In this document: piece after piece, positions 20,056 to 29,691 of the stretch
Position numbering within the stretch: the first letter of the stretch is position 1
How the letters are laid out: each line of letters opens with the position of its first letter
Virus genome (UHGV): UHGV-0320443
DNA length: 55,576 nt
Reading direction: 5' to 3' (one strand)
Source: a virus
Made by a program: the position numbers and the translations under genes
The notes under the pieces: model-generated
The model's input: only the letters and a program-made list of their open reading frames with translations
Told to the model about the DNA's origin: nothing
Databases searched by the model: none

Positions 20056-20430
20056 TTATTCCACCTTCTTCAAATAACATTGGTAAGAAGCAATTTGGCC
20101 TTCAGCAAAAGTAGGAATGATCCCTTCGATTGAAAAGTTACCAACTGAGCATTTAAAGGAATCACTTATGTTTGAAGTAGCTTTGACGTCCGCATCCCAC
20201 GGAGCTAGCATAATATAGTCCGCTTCAATGGCTTTACCACCAATAACAACAGTTTTTTGAGGTGTTCCTAATAGATAAATACGTACGGTTTGAGCTGGGA
20301 GCGTAGTAGATACAGTACTAAGACCTCCACCATCATTCCGCTTCTTCTCCGAACGTACAATCTCAATTTGAATAGGATCCATATTAATGTGAGTTGAAGC
20401 ATCGGCACGTCTTTGTTCTAAGCTAATCAC
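20056..20430 (-). CDS. head closure protein
   Basis: Size and position in the neck cluster. Confidence 0.4.
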   Translation of the reverse strand: MISLEQRRADASTHINMDPIQIEIVRSEKKRNDGGGLSTVSTTLPAQTVRIYLLGTPQKTVVIGGKAIEADYIMLAPWDADVKATSNISDSFKCSVGNFSIEGIIPTFAEGQIASYQCYLKKVE

Positions 20431-20828
20431 CAGTCCATACCCATATGATCTTGAGTCAACCTTGAAATGTCTACCGATCTAGGACCGCATTTGCGACCTT
20501 TTTCACCTGCGGGTGTAGCTCTCACCATTCGTGCAGGACTTGCTTTGTCAGAATAGAATTGGTACATCTTCATAAAGTAAGCGTAGGCATCTTCGGGACT
20601 TGAGTAGTTGTAAGATTCGGCTCCAACTGAATAAGAAGTTGTAGCACTGGGATTCACACTAGCCGCCTTTTGTAACCAGAAATCGGCGGCTGTGCGATAC
20701 ATATTCCCATGAAATTCTTTTAACCTTGACTCAATTTCTTCGTCAGTAAATACAAATGGCGTAGAAGTATCCCCAATCATACGACGTAGTCTAGCGATTT
20801 CTGTAGGGTTAGTTTCTTGTGTAGCCAT
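20427..20828 (-). CDS. head-tail connector / adaptor protein
   Basis: Directly after the MCP, 133 aa, Tyr/Phe-rich. Confidence 0.45.
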   Translation of the reverse strand: MATQETNPTEIARLRRMIGDTSTPFVFTDEEIESRLKEFHGNMYRTAADFWLQKAASVNPSATTSYSVGAESYNYSSPEDAYAYFMKMYQFYSDKASPARMVRATPAGEKGRKCGPRSVDISRLTQDHMGMDW

Positions 20829-20841
20829 TTATATAACCTCC

Positions 20842-21882
20842 TTAGGCTGTTGGCAAAGTAATTTTTTGAACGTTGTCATCGATCGCGATATAAGCACCAC
20901 GACGAGTACGAGCAACTACTTGAGCTTCGATCAAACGAGACAAGTCAGCTAATGCAGAATCAATTCGCAAGCCGTGTTTAACAAATTCAATCAAACCACG
21001 TTTTGGACGAATTAAGAATGCAGTACCTTTTGGCACACCTTCGTAAGTGTATTGTTTTTTACCAACAGTTGTTTCCCAACCATCGTAGAAAATAACTTCG
21101 TTGATACCAGTTACACCAGGGAAAGGAGTAGCTCCTACAGTGTAGTTAGCAAAAGCAGCTTCGATTTGAACTTGGTCTTCTGAGCTAGCTAATAGCACAG
21201 TACCGGCACGATGATCTTTACGAGATGCAGTTAAAGCCGCATTCAATGTAGCGATCGTATTACGTTCTAAAGCAAAGTCACCAGTAAAAGTAGTAACCGC
21301 AGATGTTTGGTTAGCTGCTGGGTATTCATTGTATTTAATGATTGGGCCTAAGTGTAAGTCATTCAACAAAGCGTTGTAAGCTTCACCAAAAGCTTCATTC
21401 AATACTTGCATACCAAATTGTTCGTTGTAAAGAACCATATCTTCAGTGTATTCAAAACCTGCCGCGAATGCAGTCAAGCGAGTTGCAGGACCTTTTTCAG
21501 CAGATAATGCACCGAATTTGATTTCTTCACCTTCTTGCCATTCAGTAAAGATAACGTTACCGCGTTGAGCGAATGTAGCGTCAATCAATTTTGGCAATGT
21601 AGAATCTTCGATTGTACGGTAGATAGATTTGTAAAGCAATGGAACTTGCTCACGACCTAAATCTACATCCAATACGACTTTACGTAAAAGATCTTCAGCT
21701 CCTTGAGGAGATGTTAACATTTCACCTAAAGGTTTTGTGAATTCAATTGTTTCCATTTCCCCATTTACTACTTCAGATTCGGCAACGAATTCTTTACCAG
21801 CAATTGAGAAAGGTAATTCTTTTTTATAACTTTGTCCAGCCTTTGCAGCTAACAAAGTATCATGACTTGTAATTTTAACCAT
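20842..21882 (-). CDS. major capsid protein (HK97 fold)
   Basis: 346 aa, following the scaffold and a small head protein. Composition is typical of an MCP. Confidence 0.7.
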   Translation of the reverse strand: MVKITSHDTLLAAKAGQSYKKELPFSIAGKEFVAESEVVNGEMETIEFTKPLGEMLTSPQGAEDLLRKVVLDVDLGREQVPLLYKSIYRTIEDSTLPKLIDATFAQRGNVIFTEWQEGEEIKFGALSAEKGPATRLTAFAAGFEYTEDMVLYNEQFGMQVLNEAFGEAYNALLNDLHLGPIIKYNEYPAANQTSAVTTFTGDFALERNTIATLNAALTASRKDHRAGTVLLASSEDQVQIEAAFANYTVGATPFPGVTGINEVIFYDGWETTVGKKQYTYEGVPKGTAFLIRPKRGLIEFVKHGLRIDSALADLSRLIEAQVVARTRRGAYIAIDDNVQKITLPTA

Positions 21883-21906
21883 TGACTATTTCCCTCCAAT
21901 CTTTTC

Positions 21907-22254
21907 TTAACCCTGAGGTAAAAGAATTCCCCAAGTTACACCATTTGCATCACTTTTTTCAGTTACTCGCAAGTAAGCTGGATCAGCCGGAACTTCTTCT
22001 GCTGCAGCCGCAGCTACTTGGAATTTACCTGCTGAAGTGTAAGTAATTAAATCTCCTACTTGTGCTGTTAAGCCTTCTTCAGAAAATTCATATTCAGCTT
22101 GCTCAATGTTGATAACCATGTTATCCCCATTCAAAGCGTTACCAATTACGAATCCGTGGAAGCCATTAACAACTGCGAAATCACCATCGTTATAATCTTT
22201 GTCGGCTACAACTTTGACGGATTTACCATCAGACACCTTTGTACGAATTGCCAT
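21907..22254 (-). CDS. small head protein (decoration-like)
   Basis: Start re-set to MAIRTKV, preceded by AAGGAGG. Lies between scaffold and MCP. Confidence 0.4.
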   Translation of the reverse strand: MAIRTKVSDGKSVKVVADKDYNDGDFAVVNGFHGFVIGNALNGDNMVINIEQAEYEFSEEGLTAQVGDLITYTSAGKFQVAAAAAEEVPADPAYLRVTEKSDANGVTWGILLPQG

Positions 22255-22267
22255 GTTTGTTTCCTCC

Positions 22268-23401
22268 TTAATATCCAATCGAACGTTTTACTTTACGTAC
22301 GTTGGTTGATTTTTTGCTATTGCGGTTGTCTTTTCCACCACCAAAGCTTTGATCAGTCATCAAAGTATCGAAGACATTTTTGATTGATTCTTTGCCTAAG
22401 TAAGTATCCATTTCACCTACAATAGCTTCTTTGTCAGTTCCTTCAAAGTGGAACATTTCTGCAGCTAATTTTTGTGCTGCTTCGTTGTTAGGAATTTTTT
22501 CTTTGATGACCTCATCGATCAATTCCTCTTGTGTTTTATCTTCTCCGCCTTCTGGATCAGCTTTAAGCTTTTCTAGGGCGGCATCGATTTCTTCTTGTGA
22601 ACTTTCTGCTGTGACTCCCAATTGAGATAAGAGGTGCTCAAGATTTTCAGGAATTCGGTTAGTGTTATCTTCTTTTCCTTTGTCATCGTCCTCACCCTTC
22701 TTGTCTTCTGGGATTAGCGCAGCAAATTCTTCAGGAGTAATTTCTCCTGCATCTAACTTAGCTTTTAATTCTGCTAACAATTGCTCTTTGTCCATAGGTT
22801 CTTCATCCTCCTTCATTTCGCCTTTGATCTGTACATCAATTAATTGTGTAGGCATTCCTGGTCTACCAAGTGGCGTCCAGTCAATACTTAATAAGTCACA
22901 ATCAACTACCTGTGTTTCTCCGGCTACTTTTTTAAGTTGCATTTTTCCAAAGATCGAAACTTCCTTAATTCGTTTAGATTTAATCCAACGACGTAAGTCC
23001 TTTTCTTTCGGATCCACGTAACCTCTGAAGAAGCCTGCTTGTTTTGATTCGTCATAGATAGCTCCGATCCAGTGAGTAGCAGGATCTAAGAATTCGGTTG
23101 AAACATTCTCGGCTTTCTGATGACCTTTAAATCCCGCAGCCGTTCTATCAGCTACTTGATTTACAATCGACTTAATTGCCTCCACTGTGTAATTCCATCC
23201 GCGTTTTGATTTAGACGCAGGAATCTCAACCACTACTTCCATAGGATGTTCATCTCCAGCAGTCAATGCTTCATAATCTACTGCTTGAGACACTGGAATA
23301 GAATTGACATCTACTTGTGATATCGTAACAGGGTCACTTTGGATTTCTCCAGCGATCGTTGCGCCATCACGGTACTTTTCTAGAAATTCTTTTAAATCCA
23401 T
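22268..23401 (-). CDS. scaffolding protein (possible N-terminal protease-like domain)
   Basis: C-terminal half is K/E/D-rich helical (ELKAKLDAGEITPEEF...). It sits upstream of the MCP. Confidence 0.55.
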   Translation of the reverse strand: MDLKEFLEKYRDGATIAGEIQSDPVTISQVDVNSIPVSQAVDYEALTAGDEHPMEVVVEIPASKSKRGWNYTVEAIKSIVNQVADRTAAGFKGHQKAENVSTEFLDPATHWIGAIYDESKQAGFFRGYVDPKEKDLRRWIKSKRIKEVSIFGKMQLKKVAGETQVVDCDLLSIDWTPLGRPGMPTQLIDVQIKGEMKEDEEPMDKEQLLAELKAKLDAGEITPEEFAALIPEDKKGEDDDKGKEDNTNRIPENLEHLLSQLGVTAESSQEEIDAALEKLKADPEGGEDKTQEELIDEVIKEKIPNNEAAQKLAAEMFHFEGTDKEAIVGEMDTYLGKESIKNVFDTLMTDQSFGGGKDNRNSKKSTNVRKVKRSIGY

Positions 23402-23432
23402 TTTCTCACCTCCCTCGAATAATCTATCCTAA

Positions 23433-23452
23433 GATAATTATACTATAATTGC
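23433..23452 (-). promoter_or_regulatory. TATAGTATAAT promoter element ahead of the scaffold gene
   Basis: The plus-strand ATTATACTATA at 23437-23447 is the reverse complement. Downstream on the minus strand are the RBS GGAGGTGAG and the ATG at 23401. Confidence 0.4.
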
Positions 23453-23472
23453 TAGGTACCGTCACTAAATAA

Positions 23473-23501
23473 ATAATAAAAAAGAAGACCCGAAGGTCTT
23501 C
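23473..23501 (-). terminator. rho-independent terminator
   Basis: GAAGACC-cgaa-GGTCTTC stem (23484-23501) followed on the minus strand by a U-run (plus-strand A-run 23474-23482). Confidence 0.55.
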
Positions 23502-23503
23502 AA

Positions 23504-23632
23504 TTATTTTTTCACAGGAGCATATGGTTTACCATAGCTAGGCGTATCAGTTCCGCGTTTACCTGCTTGAACAATTCCTTTTACATCTGTTTTCTTTTTG
23601 CTCTCATTTGGCTTGTTAGTGTACTTAGGCAT
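23504..23632 (-). CDS. small basic protein (about 42 aa)
   Basis: Manual read: GGAGGTGAACACTC then ATG, giving MPKYTNKPNESKKKTDVKG...PVKK, and ending at the terminator. Below the track's size cutoff. Confidence 0.4.
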   Translation of the reverse strand: MPKYTNKPNESKKKTDVKGIVQAGKRGTDTPSYGKPYAPVKK

Positions 23633-23652
23633 GAGTGTTCACCTCCTTAAAA

Positions 23653-25149
23653 TTATGGTGTAAAGGTTTTAGAACCTGTGAAGTATTGTCCACCAGTGTA
23701 TCCAGTTATAGATCCAATAGTTGTCATATCTCCATAGGCTGTAACATAAGATGAGGTGATATTAATACCATTAGTGTTATTAGCACCCCACAAATTACCG
23801 ATACGAAATGTTGTTGAGAATCCACATAGTACAGCTGTCTTAGCATTAGCTACATAGTTGTTATACATAGCTCCAATAGAACTGTGGATAACAATATTAG
23901 CATTCCAATCAGCAATGTTTTTTGTATTAGTTGCAAATCGGCATCTATCGATAGCAATATATCCTGAACGGTCAGCATATAAGGAAGCTCTTGAATAACT
24001 TGTCTGATCTACTCCACCAGTATTAACAATGTTAGCTGAGTTAGCAGGATCAACAAAAGTAATACAACGTAATCCAATATAACCACGAAAATCTCGAAAG
24101 GCTATCTGTCTAATTTTAACAGGTGAGTCAGTAGTTTGTACATTGTAATCAGCAGGAACACCTAAAGAATTAAATTCTACTGAACGCCAGAAGCGACCAA
24201 ATAATCTAATGTCTTCCATATAAGTACCAGCTTTAATATTAAAGATAACATTCCATGGAAGAAAATAAGGTAGATAATCAACAGCTCTTTGAATAGTTCT
24301 AAAAGGCTTCGCCTCAGTTCCATCCGCAGTCGAATCATTGCCTTCTGTACTACTAATATAAATAGTAATAACATTATCAGCCTCAGATAACCTACGATAG
24401 ATATCATGCAACTCGCTAGCTAAACTATCTATGTTACCTTGTATAGTACCCATCTGAGCTACTAATGCATTATAGTCTGCATCGATACGAGCTTTCAGAT
24501 TTGCTTTAGCTAGTCCATCACTAGTAGCAGTTCTAGCATTGGTAACTTCAGTAGTTAAAGTAGCTAGATTATTTTGTAATAAAGCTACAGCACTAGATAA
24601 TTGCGCGGCAGTATCTCCATCTAAGTAAGTTTGTACGTTATTCCACCAAGCCATAAAATCATTAAACAATTGATCTTTACGAAGCTCAGCATCAGCATAA
24701 AGGTCTACAAACTTGGCACGCAGTGTTTCAAAGTCATGAATATAAAATTCTTGTTCAGCAACAGTCACACGATCGATTAATGATTGCTCAATTTGGAATG
24801 AGAATATAATAGAACCGATTCGTCCTTGAGTATCAGCTACAGTCAGTTGCCCTAATGCTTTACCTGGATGTCGTAAGACTGCTTTAGGTAATGAATAAGT
24901 AATCTTACCAGTTTGAAGATTTATGGCAGCTGGATCAGACATTTGGAATTTAGATTCGTCTTCAGTAGTAACAACAAAGAAATGATCTAATCCTTCTACG
25001 GCAATTCTTTTCTTAGTAGAAGCATCAATTAAAGTAAAGGCAAAATCAACAGCATTCCAGTCACCTGAAAAGACTTTAATGTTTGTTGGTCCTACTTTGT
25101 TAATGACATTATCGATTTCCAAAGTCATGTCAATACGCTTAGTTACCAT
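23653..25149 (-). CDS. beta-helix (pectate-lyase fold) virion protein with an N-terminal domain and a coiled coil
   Basis: GNDSTADGTEAKPFRTIQRAVDYLP is the classic N-cap motif of right-handed beta-helix proteins. The C-terminus is N/G/T-rich and repetitive. A coiled coil spans about aa 170-250. Confidence 0.5.
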   Translation of the reverse strand: MVTKRIDMTLEIDNVINKVGPTNIKVFSGDWNAVDFAFTLIDASTKKRIAVEGLDHFFVVTTEDESKFQMSDPAAINLQTGKITYSLPKAVLRHPGKALGQLTVADTQGRIGSIIFSFQIEQSLIDRVTVAEQEFYIHDFETLRAKFVDLYADAELRKDQLFNDFMAWWNNVQTYLDGDTAAQLSSAVALLQNNLATLTTEVTNARTATSDGLAKANLKARIDADYNALVAQMGTIQGNIDSLASELHDIYRRLSEADNVITIYISSTEGNDSTADGTEAKPFRTIQRAVDYLPYFLPWNVIFNIKAGTYMEDIRLFGRFWRSVEFNSLGVPADYNVQTTDSPVKIRQIAFRDFRGYIGLRCITFVDPANSANIVNTGGVDQTSYSRASLYADRSGYIAIDRCRFATNTKNIADWNANIVIHSSIGAMYNNYVANAKTAVLCGFSTTFRIGNLWGANNTNGINITSSYVTAYGDMTTIGSITGYTGGQYFTGSKTFTP

Positions 25150-25202
25150 TCCTCAGGCCTCCTTTTAGTTTTCTTACTTATATTATATAGGAAGTAGCCC
25201 AT

Positions 25203-25502
25203 TTAATCACTTTCTTTTAGCCCAATAACTGCAGCTTTTAAAGTAAGAATACCTGGCTCTCCTACTCGTCCTTCAATGTAGCCTAATTCTAAAATTTCTA
25301 AGTCTAAGAGAGACCCAAGTAAATGGTCTCTCATATGTTGACTTACATTGATCTTATCTGAAGGTAATTCCGTGATTCTTTTAGGAGCATTCGCGGGAGT
25401 TTGCGATGGATCTACATCCCAGAATTCTTCTGGAACTGCCATCATTCCTCGCGGTAGACGCTCTTTTTCATCGTCTAATAAACCTCTATCAGTCCTTGGC
25501 AT
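25203..25502 (-). CDS. hypothetical protein (99 aa)
   Basis: ORF overlapping the portal start by 14 nt. Confidence 0.4.
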   Translation of the reverse strand: MPRTDRGLLDDEKERLPRGMMAVPEEFWDVDPSQTPANAPKRITELPSDKINVSQHMRDHLLGSLLDLEILELGYIEGRVGEPGILTLKAAVIGLKESD

Positions 25503-27147
25503 TACGTTTCGCGTCCCTTCTTTGCTGTCTTGCTTGACTAACTGTCAAACCTGCGGTATCTTCATCTGCGGGATCTGTGTTGTCTTCGCTGTTAGCGTCC
25601 GTATTATCCTTCTCAACGTAAGGATCTGCTACACTGTTCAGGAATTCAATACCTTTCTTAATACGGCTTAACTCACTTTGACCGTCTTCACCCGTGTATT
25701 TACCCATGTAAGTAGGCATTACACTGTACAAGTAGTTGATTGCTGTCTCAACAGATACGAATTTCTTCTCAATACCCATTGCAAAAGCGTTAACCAACTG
25801 TGTTACAGCAGTACTTTCAGTCATAACATCGCGTTCTACTATAGCAGGCCACGTAATGTCTGTGTCATAATCTTCGATGACCGTACCTTCAATGAAGCTA
25901 CTTGCGTTGTACATATACAAATACATGCGCGCTAGCAGGATAAAGTCCGGCTCAAACATGTCTCGCTTCTTAGCTACTTTCTTAATCATAGGGGTCATCT
26001 GTTCTTTTACACTAGCTTTAGCACTATTGACTGCGTTACCGAAGACAAATTCAGGTGTTTGAGTCACATCTACTAAGCTCATGAACAAATAATCCAATAA
26101 TTTTGAACTATCTGTCATTGTACTGGTTGCTTGGCTCAATTCAATAGTATCATCGGCGTTCCCCGTGATCAAAATCTCCGTGCCTTGCAAATTAATGTTA
26201 GCACTTTCGCCTTCAGCTAAGCTTTCCACGTCAATACCAAAGTTAATATTCAAGAATTCAGTCACATCGGCTACGTTCATGATCATTTTAGGAGCGGAAT
26301 GGAGTTTATTATTGATCATTGAGTTAGACATTACATCATGGTATGCTTTAATGTAAGGTAATGCTGCTTCAATCTCTGAGTGTCCATATAATTCAGCTGG
26401 CTCTGCGTCATTTCTAAAGTGAATAATGTTAACAAAGCCCCATTTATTACGTTCTTGTCTAGGGTGCTGTTCATCGAACTCTTTATATTGTAGTGGCACG
26501 TCATTGCCATCGAAGTAAGTCTCAATCTTATCTGGCAAAATGGTCTCTACTATAATATATTCCCGGTCATCGCCATTCTTATCTGTGTACTCAACACTTG
26601 TTGTTACACGAAAGCCAATAGGGTTTCCCGTATCTGTGTCTAATACTCGGGTTACACTTTCTGGTGTTAGTACTTCAATAATAATATCTTTTCCACCGTT
26701 AGTATACAATTGGGCGTATGGGTGCTCTTTACGACTCAAACGTACATAACAATCAGCGTCCCGTAAACAATGACTGACAATCTTTTGGATCTCATCTTTG
26801 TTTCGTCTACGGAAGTCATCCAATAAAGACTGAGCACTTTCATCGTTGCTCTTCCAACTCGGAATGCCAATAAATCCTACTGTTGTATCAATAATAGGTT
26901 TTAATAATCCGGCACCTAAGTAATAATCCTCATTGGTATTATAATACAATTCTTTTGTCAGTTGGTAATTGGTTTTGCTTACATTCAACTTGTAGGTATC
27001 AATTCGTCCATGTAATCCTTTCCAAGGCCATCTTGTTTCTCTTAGGCCGCCAGAAAACATTTCTCCAACTACTTGTGTCCAACTTCTCTTTTTCTTTTGT
27101 GGTGTAGTTTCTTTTCTTAACCCACCAACGTAAATCGGCTCTGTCAT
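25489..27147 (-). CDS. portal protein
   Basis: 552 aa, directly downstream of TerL, with an acidic C-terminal tail. Confidence 0.8.
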   Translation of the reverse strand: MTEPIYVGGLRKETTPQKKKRSWTQVVGEMFSGGLRETRWPWKGLHGRIDTYKLNVSKTNYQLTKELYYNTNEDYYLGAGLLKPIIDTTVGFIGIPSWKSNDESAQSLLDDFRRRNKDEIQKIVSHCLRDADCYVRLSRKEHPYAQLYTNGGKDIIIEVLTPESVTRVLDTDTGNPIGFRVTTSVEYTDKNGDDREYIIVETILPDKIETYFDGNDVPLQYKEFDEQHPRQERNKWGFVNIIHFRNDAEPAELYGHSEIEAALPYIKAYHDVMSNSMINNKLHSAPKMIMNVADVTEFLNINFGIDVESLAEGESANINLQGTEILITGNADDTIELSQATSTMTDSSKLLDYLFMSLVDVTQTPEFVFGNAVNSAKASVKEQMTPMIKKVAKKRDMFEPDFILLARMYLYMYNASSFIEGTVIEDYDTDITWPAIVERDVMTESTAVTQLVNAFAMGIEKKFVSVETAINYLYSVMPTYMGKYTGEDGQSELSRIKKGIEFLNSVADPYVEKDNTDANSEDNTDPADEDTAGLTVSQARQQRRDAKRNAKD

Positions 27148-27158
27148 ATTAGTCCTCC

Positions 27159-28847
27159 TTAATGTAGCCTAATGCTTCGTAAAGCGGCTCCCTCTTTTGC
27201 TGTCATTCTCCGTGCAGGTCTATTACCAATAGTTCTTAACAAAATTTCACAAGCATCCAATACGTCATCGTGGTCTACATCTGGGTAACTAATAAATTCA
27301 CTAATGAAGTCTTGGTTATCTGGGTGTACCCAAATTCTACGTGTTTCAAAATGGACTCCTAGAGCCTCAATACGAGCGATCTTCGCCCCATCCCCCATAG
27401 TAGTAGGGATCTGCTTAATCGGCAGCTGAGCACTAATGGCTGTAGCAGCTTGCGCTAAAGCTTTTTGGTATTGAACTGCTTCTATCCCAATCAAGATTGG
27501 TTTGTAGCGTTCATTGTACTCTTGAATCAATCGCAATTGTTCCGTCAATGTAACTCTGGCTTTAAATGTTTCTATAATAAACAAGCGCTGGCTCTTATGG
27601 TGCCAACCACCTACTTGAATACAGAAGAAGTCACTATCACCACTTTCCAATCGTCCGATATAATCCTTATCAGCGATCGCCGGGTCAATCCCTATATAAA
27701 AACTAAGCTGTTCAAATGGTGGGAGTGTTACCTCGTAACCACTTTGAGCAGTTCTACCATAGTAATTCAACCAAGCTGGATTTAACAATCTACCGGTTTG
27801 TGCATTCCGATTGTTCTGGAATAGCTTTTCAAATTTAACTGCTCCAACTGTTCGTTTCTTAGCCATCAACCGTTCGTAAGGCCAGCGTTGGCTTAGTGTG
27901 GTGTGAGTGCTTTCATCTAATGCTTTAATGTGTACATAAGTAAACTCTTCACTCTCGGATAAGACACAATACAAATCTAAGCGACTTTGTAAGGTACCAA
28001 CCATAGCACATTTTCCGCCTTCAACCAAACGGCTAATTACCATTTCTGTAAACCAGTTGTAAATGCTTTCCCTAGTATTGACTGTTTGGCTATTAGTTAA
28101 GTCCAAAATATCATCACATATAATAATATCTAAACGTGCTCCGTTAATAGCGCCCCCGGCTCCTAAGAATTGAAAGGTTGGGTCTTTCGTTTGTCTATCT
28201 TTATCCCGCACTACATATCCTTCAGCCTGTGTCCACTTCTCATTAAAATCAGGCATCAAATATTCACCAAAATCTTCGTGCAGGCGATCATTGTGCTCAA
28301 TGTGCCACATCAAGCGTCGACCAAATCGTTCTGCTTGTCGAGCAGTTCGTGAAAAAATACCCATCCGAATATTTCTATCATTAATTAAATTCCACAAAGG
28401 AAACACTTCACTAATCCAAGTACTCTTCCCATGCTCAATCGGAATGTGTACAATGGTCTGAGCACTTTCCATAACTGCTTGCATCAGTAGGTATTGATAA
28501 TCCTCAGCATCCGTGTTCCATTGTTTATTATAAGGTCTCAGATAATACTCAGCAAATATAACTGGGTTAGCTCTAGCTAACTTGACCCTAGTCTCCTTAG
28601 GCAATTGTTCCATCTTATCCCGGAACTCAACTGCGGATGGTTTTAGTAATAACCGCGGAACGCGTAAATACTTTGCCATTACCTGCTGTACTAAGAAATT
28701 GTCACTTTCAGCCCTAATCTCATCTGTAATCTCATAATCGAAATCGACGGAGTCGACCTCCTCAAGGTTACCTTCGATCAACTGTAACTTGGGCTTATTA
28801 GAATCGCGGACCTTCTCACCATAATATTTATGTACCACGTCTCTCAC
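27159..28847 (-). CDS. terminase large subunit
   Basis: ATPase motifs HIPIEHGKST and DIIICDD, plus a C-terminal RNaseH-like nuclease region (GIDPAIADKD). GTG start. Confidence 0.85.
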   Translation of the reverse strand: MRDVVHKYYGEKVRDSNKPKLQLIEGNLEEVDSVDFDYEITDEIRAESDNFLVQQVMAKYLRVPRLLLKPSAVEFRDKMEQLPKETRVKLARANPVIFAEYYLRPYNKQWNTDAEDYQYLLMQAVMESAQTIVHIPIEHGKSTWISEVFPLWNLINDRNIRMGIFSRTARQAERFGRRLMWHIEHNDRLHEDFGEYLMPDFNEKWTQAEGYVVRDKDRQTKDPTFQFLGAGGAINGARLDIIICDDILDLTNSQTVNTRESIYNWFTEMVISRLVEGGKCAMVGTLQSRLDLYCVLSESEEFTYVHIKALDESTHTTLSQRWPYERLMAKKRTVGAVKFEKLFQNNRNAQTGRLLNPAWLNYYGRTAQSGYEVTLPPFEQLSFYIGIDPAIADKDYIGRLESGDSDFFCIQVGGWHHKSQRLFIIETFKARVTLTEQLRLIQEYNERYKPILIGIEAVQYQKALAQAATAISAQLPIKQIPTTMGDGAKIARIEALGVHFETRRIWVHPDNQDFISEFISYPDVDHDDVLDACEILLRTIGNRPARRMTAKEGAALRSIRLH

Positions 28848-28914
28848 CTCTCTTTATTCTTCTACTCTATTATACCCTACAATGCAGATAGTTGGTAGTA
28901 TTATTTGTGTGTAT

Positions 28915-29065
28915 TCGGGAGACCTCCGAAGGACCCAATGGGAGAAGAGGGGGTAAATTGTATATTTTTGGTGCAAAGACCTGCGCCCTCGCCGGCGTAA
29001 GTGCCCCGCACAAGTTTTTCAGGGGGGGTCGAACTTTGGCTTGAGGCAGCCCCCACTCAGCAGAC
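28915..29065. other. GC-rich non-coding patch (candidate cos/packaging or other cis element)
   Basis: Local GC is far above the window's background. Contains the GCCGGC palindrome and a G7/C5 inverted run. The two track ORFs here lack any RBS. Confidence 0.35.
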
Positions 29066-29089
29066 CAACTCATCCAAACTTTATTTTCA

Positions 29090-29257
29090 GGCTCACCTAA
29101 CTTTTAGTTTCAACTCAACCAAACAATTAATTCAAGTCAGCCCTAGCTTGTGTGTGTGGCGAGCGTGTGTGGTATGTTCGGCCCACCTAACTCTACTATC
29201 CATCTACACTAACAATCTATTATAGTCTACCAGACAATATAGTTAGGCTCACCTAAC
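29090..29257. repeat. three dispersed copies of GGC(T/C)CACCTAAC
   Basis: Copies at 29090-29101, 29170-29181 and 29246-29257, spaced about 80 and 76 bp. Confidence 0.55.
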
Positions 29258-29538
29258 ATTAGCTAGAGTTGATTGAGTCAATCATACTTGACAGTCTAGT
29301 TAGATTAATAATGACAAACGATTTAAATGGATCCACAATGCAAAACGATTTAGAATGTGCATTGCGAATGCATTGGTACTTACTTACCTAGACTGTCTAG
29401 ACTTATTAAGACTATCAATACTTACTTACTTATCCAACCTAGCTACACTCTATACTTATATACTATCATAGTCTATCTATAACTTACCAGGGACAAAAGG
29501 CCCAGCTAAACTTTCCAGGGAAGAAAGAAACATTTTGC

Positions 29539-29573
29539 GGGACATTACTGGCAAGCCGTAGTATAATAAATAT
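29539..29573 (+). promoter_or_regulatory. promoter P1 of the plus-strand island
   Basis: GGGACA-17-TATAAT (-10 at 29562-29567). Shares a 24-nt element GGCAAGNNGTAGTATAATWAATAT with P2. Confidence 0.45.
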
Positions 29574-29631
29574 AGAGATAAGAGTTAGTAAGTAAGTTCC
29601 AAGCCAAGTTAAAAACTTTTAAACAAAGTTC

Positions 29632-29666
29632 GTGCCAAGGCAGGCAAGGTGTAGTATAATTAATAT
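29632..29666 (+). promoter_or_regulatory. promoter P2 of the plus-strand island
   Basis: GTGCCA-17-TATAAT (-10 at 29655-29660). The RBS AGAGGAGAG and the ATG at 29692 follow. Confidence 0.45.
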
Positions 29667-29691
29667 ATAATAAAGAAGAGGAGAGATTCAC

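Noticed and set aside
29147-29175. Alternating TG/GC tract (tgtgtgtgtggcgagcgtgtgtgg), potentially Z-DNA-forming
   Set aside because: Short, and no functional inference can be supported from sequence alone. Noted only as part of the unusual GC-rich region.
28870-29225. Two track ORFs (28870-29073 minus, 29001-29225 plus) in the GC-rich non-coding region
   Set aside because: No RBS, mutually overlapping, and composition driven by the GC-rich repeat tract. More likely a cis-acting region than coding.
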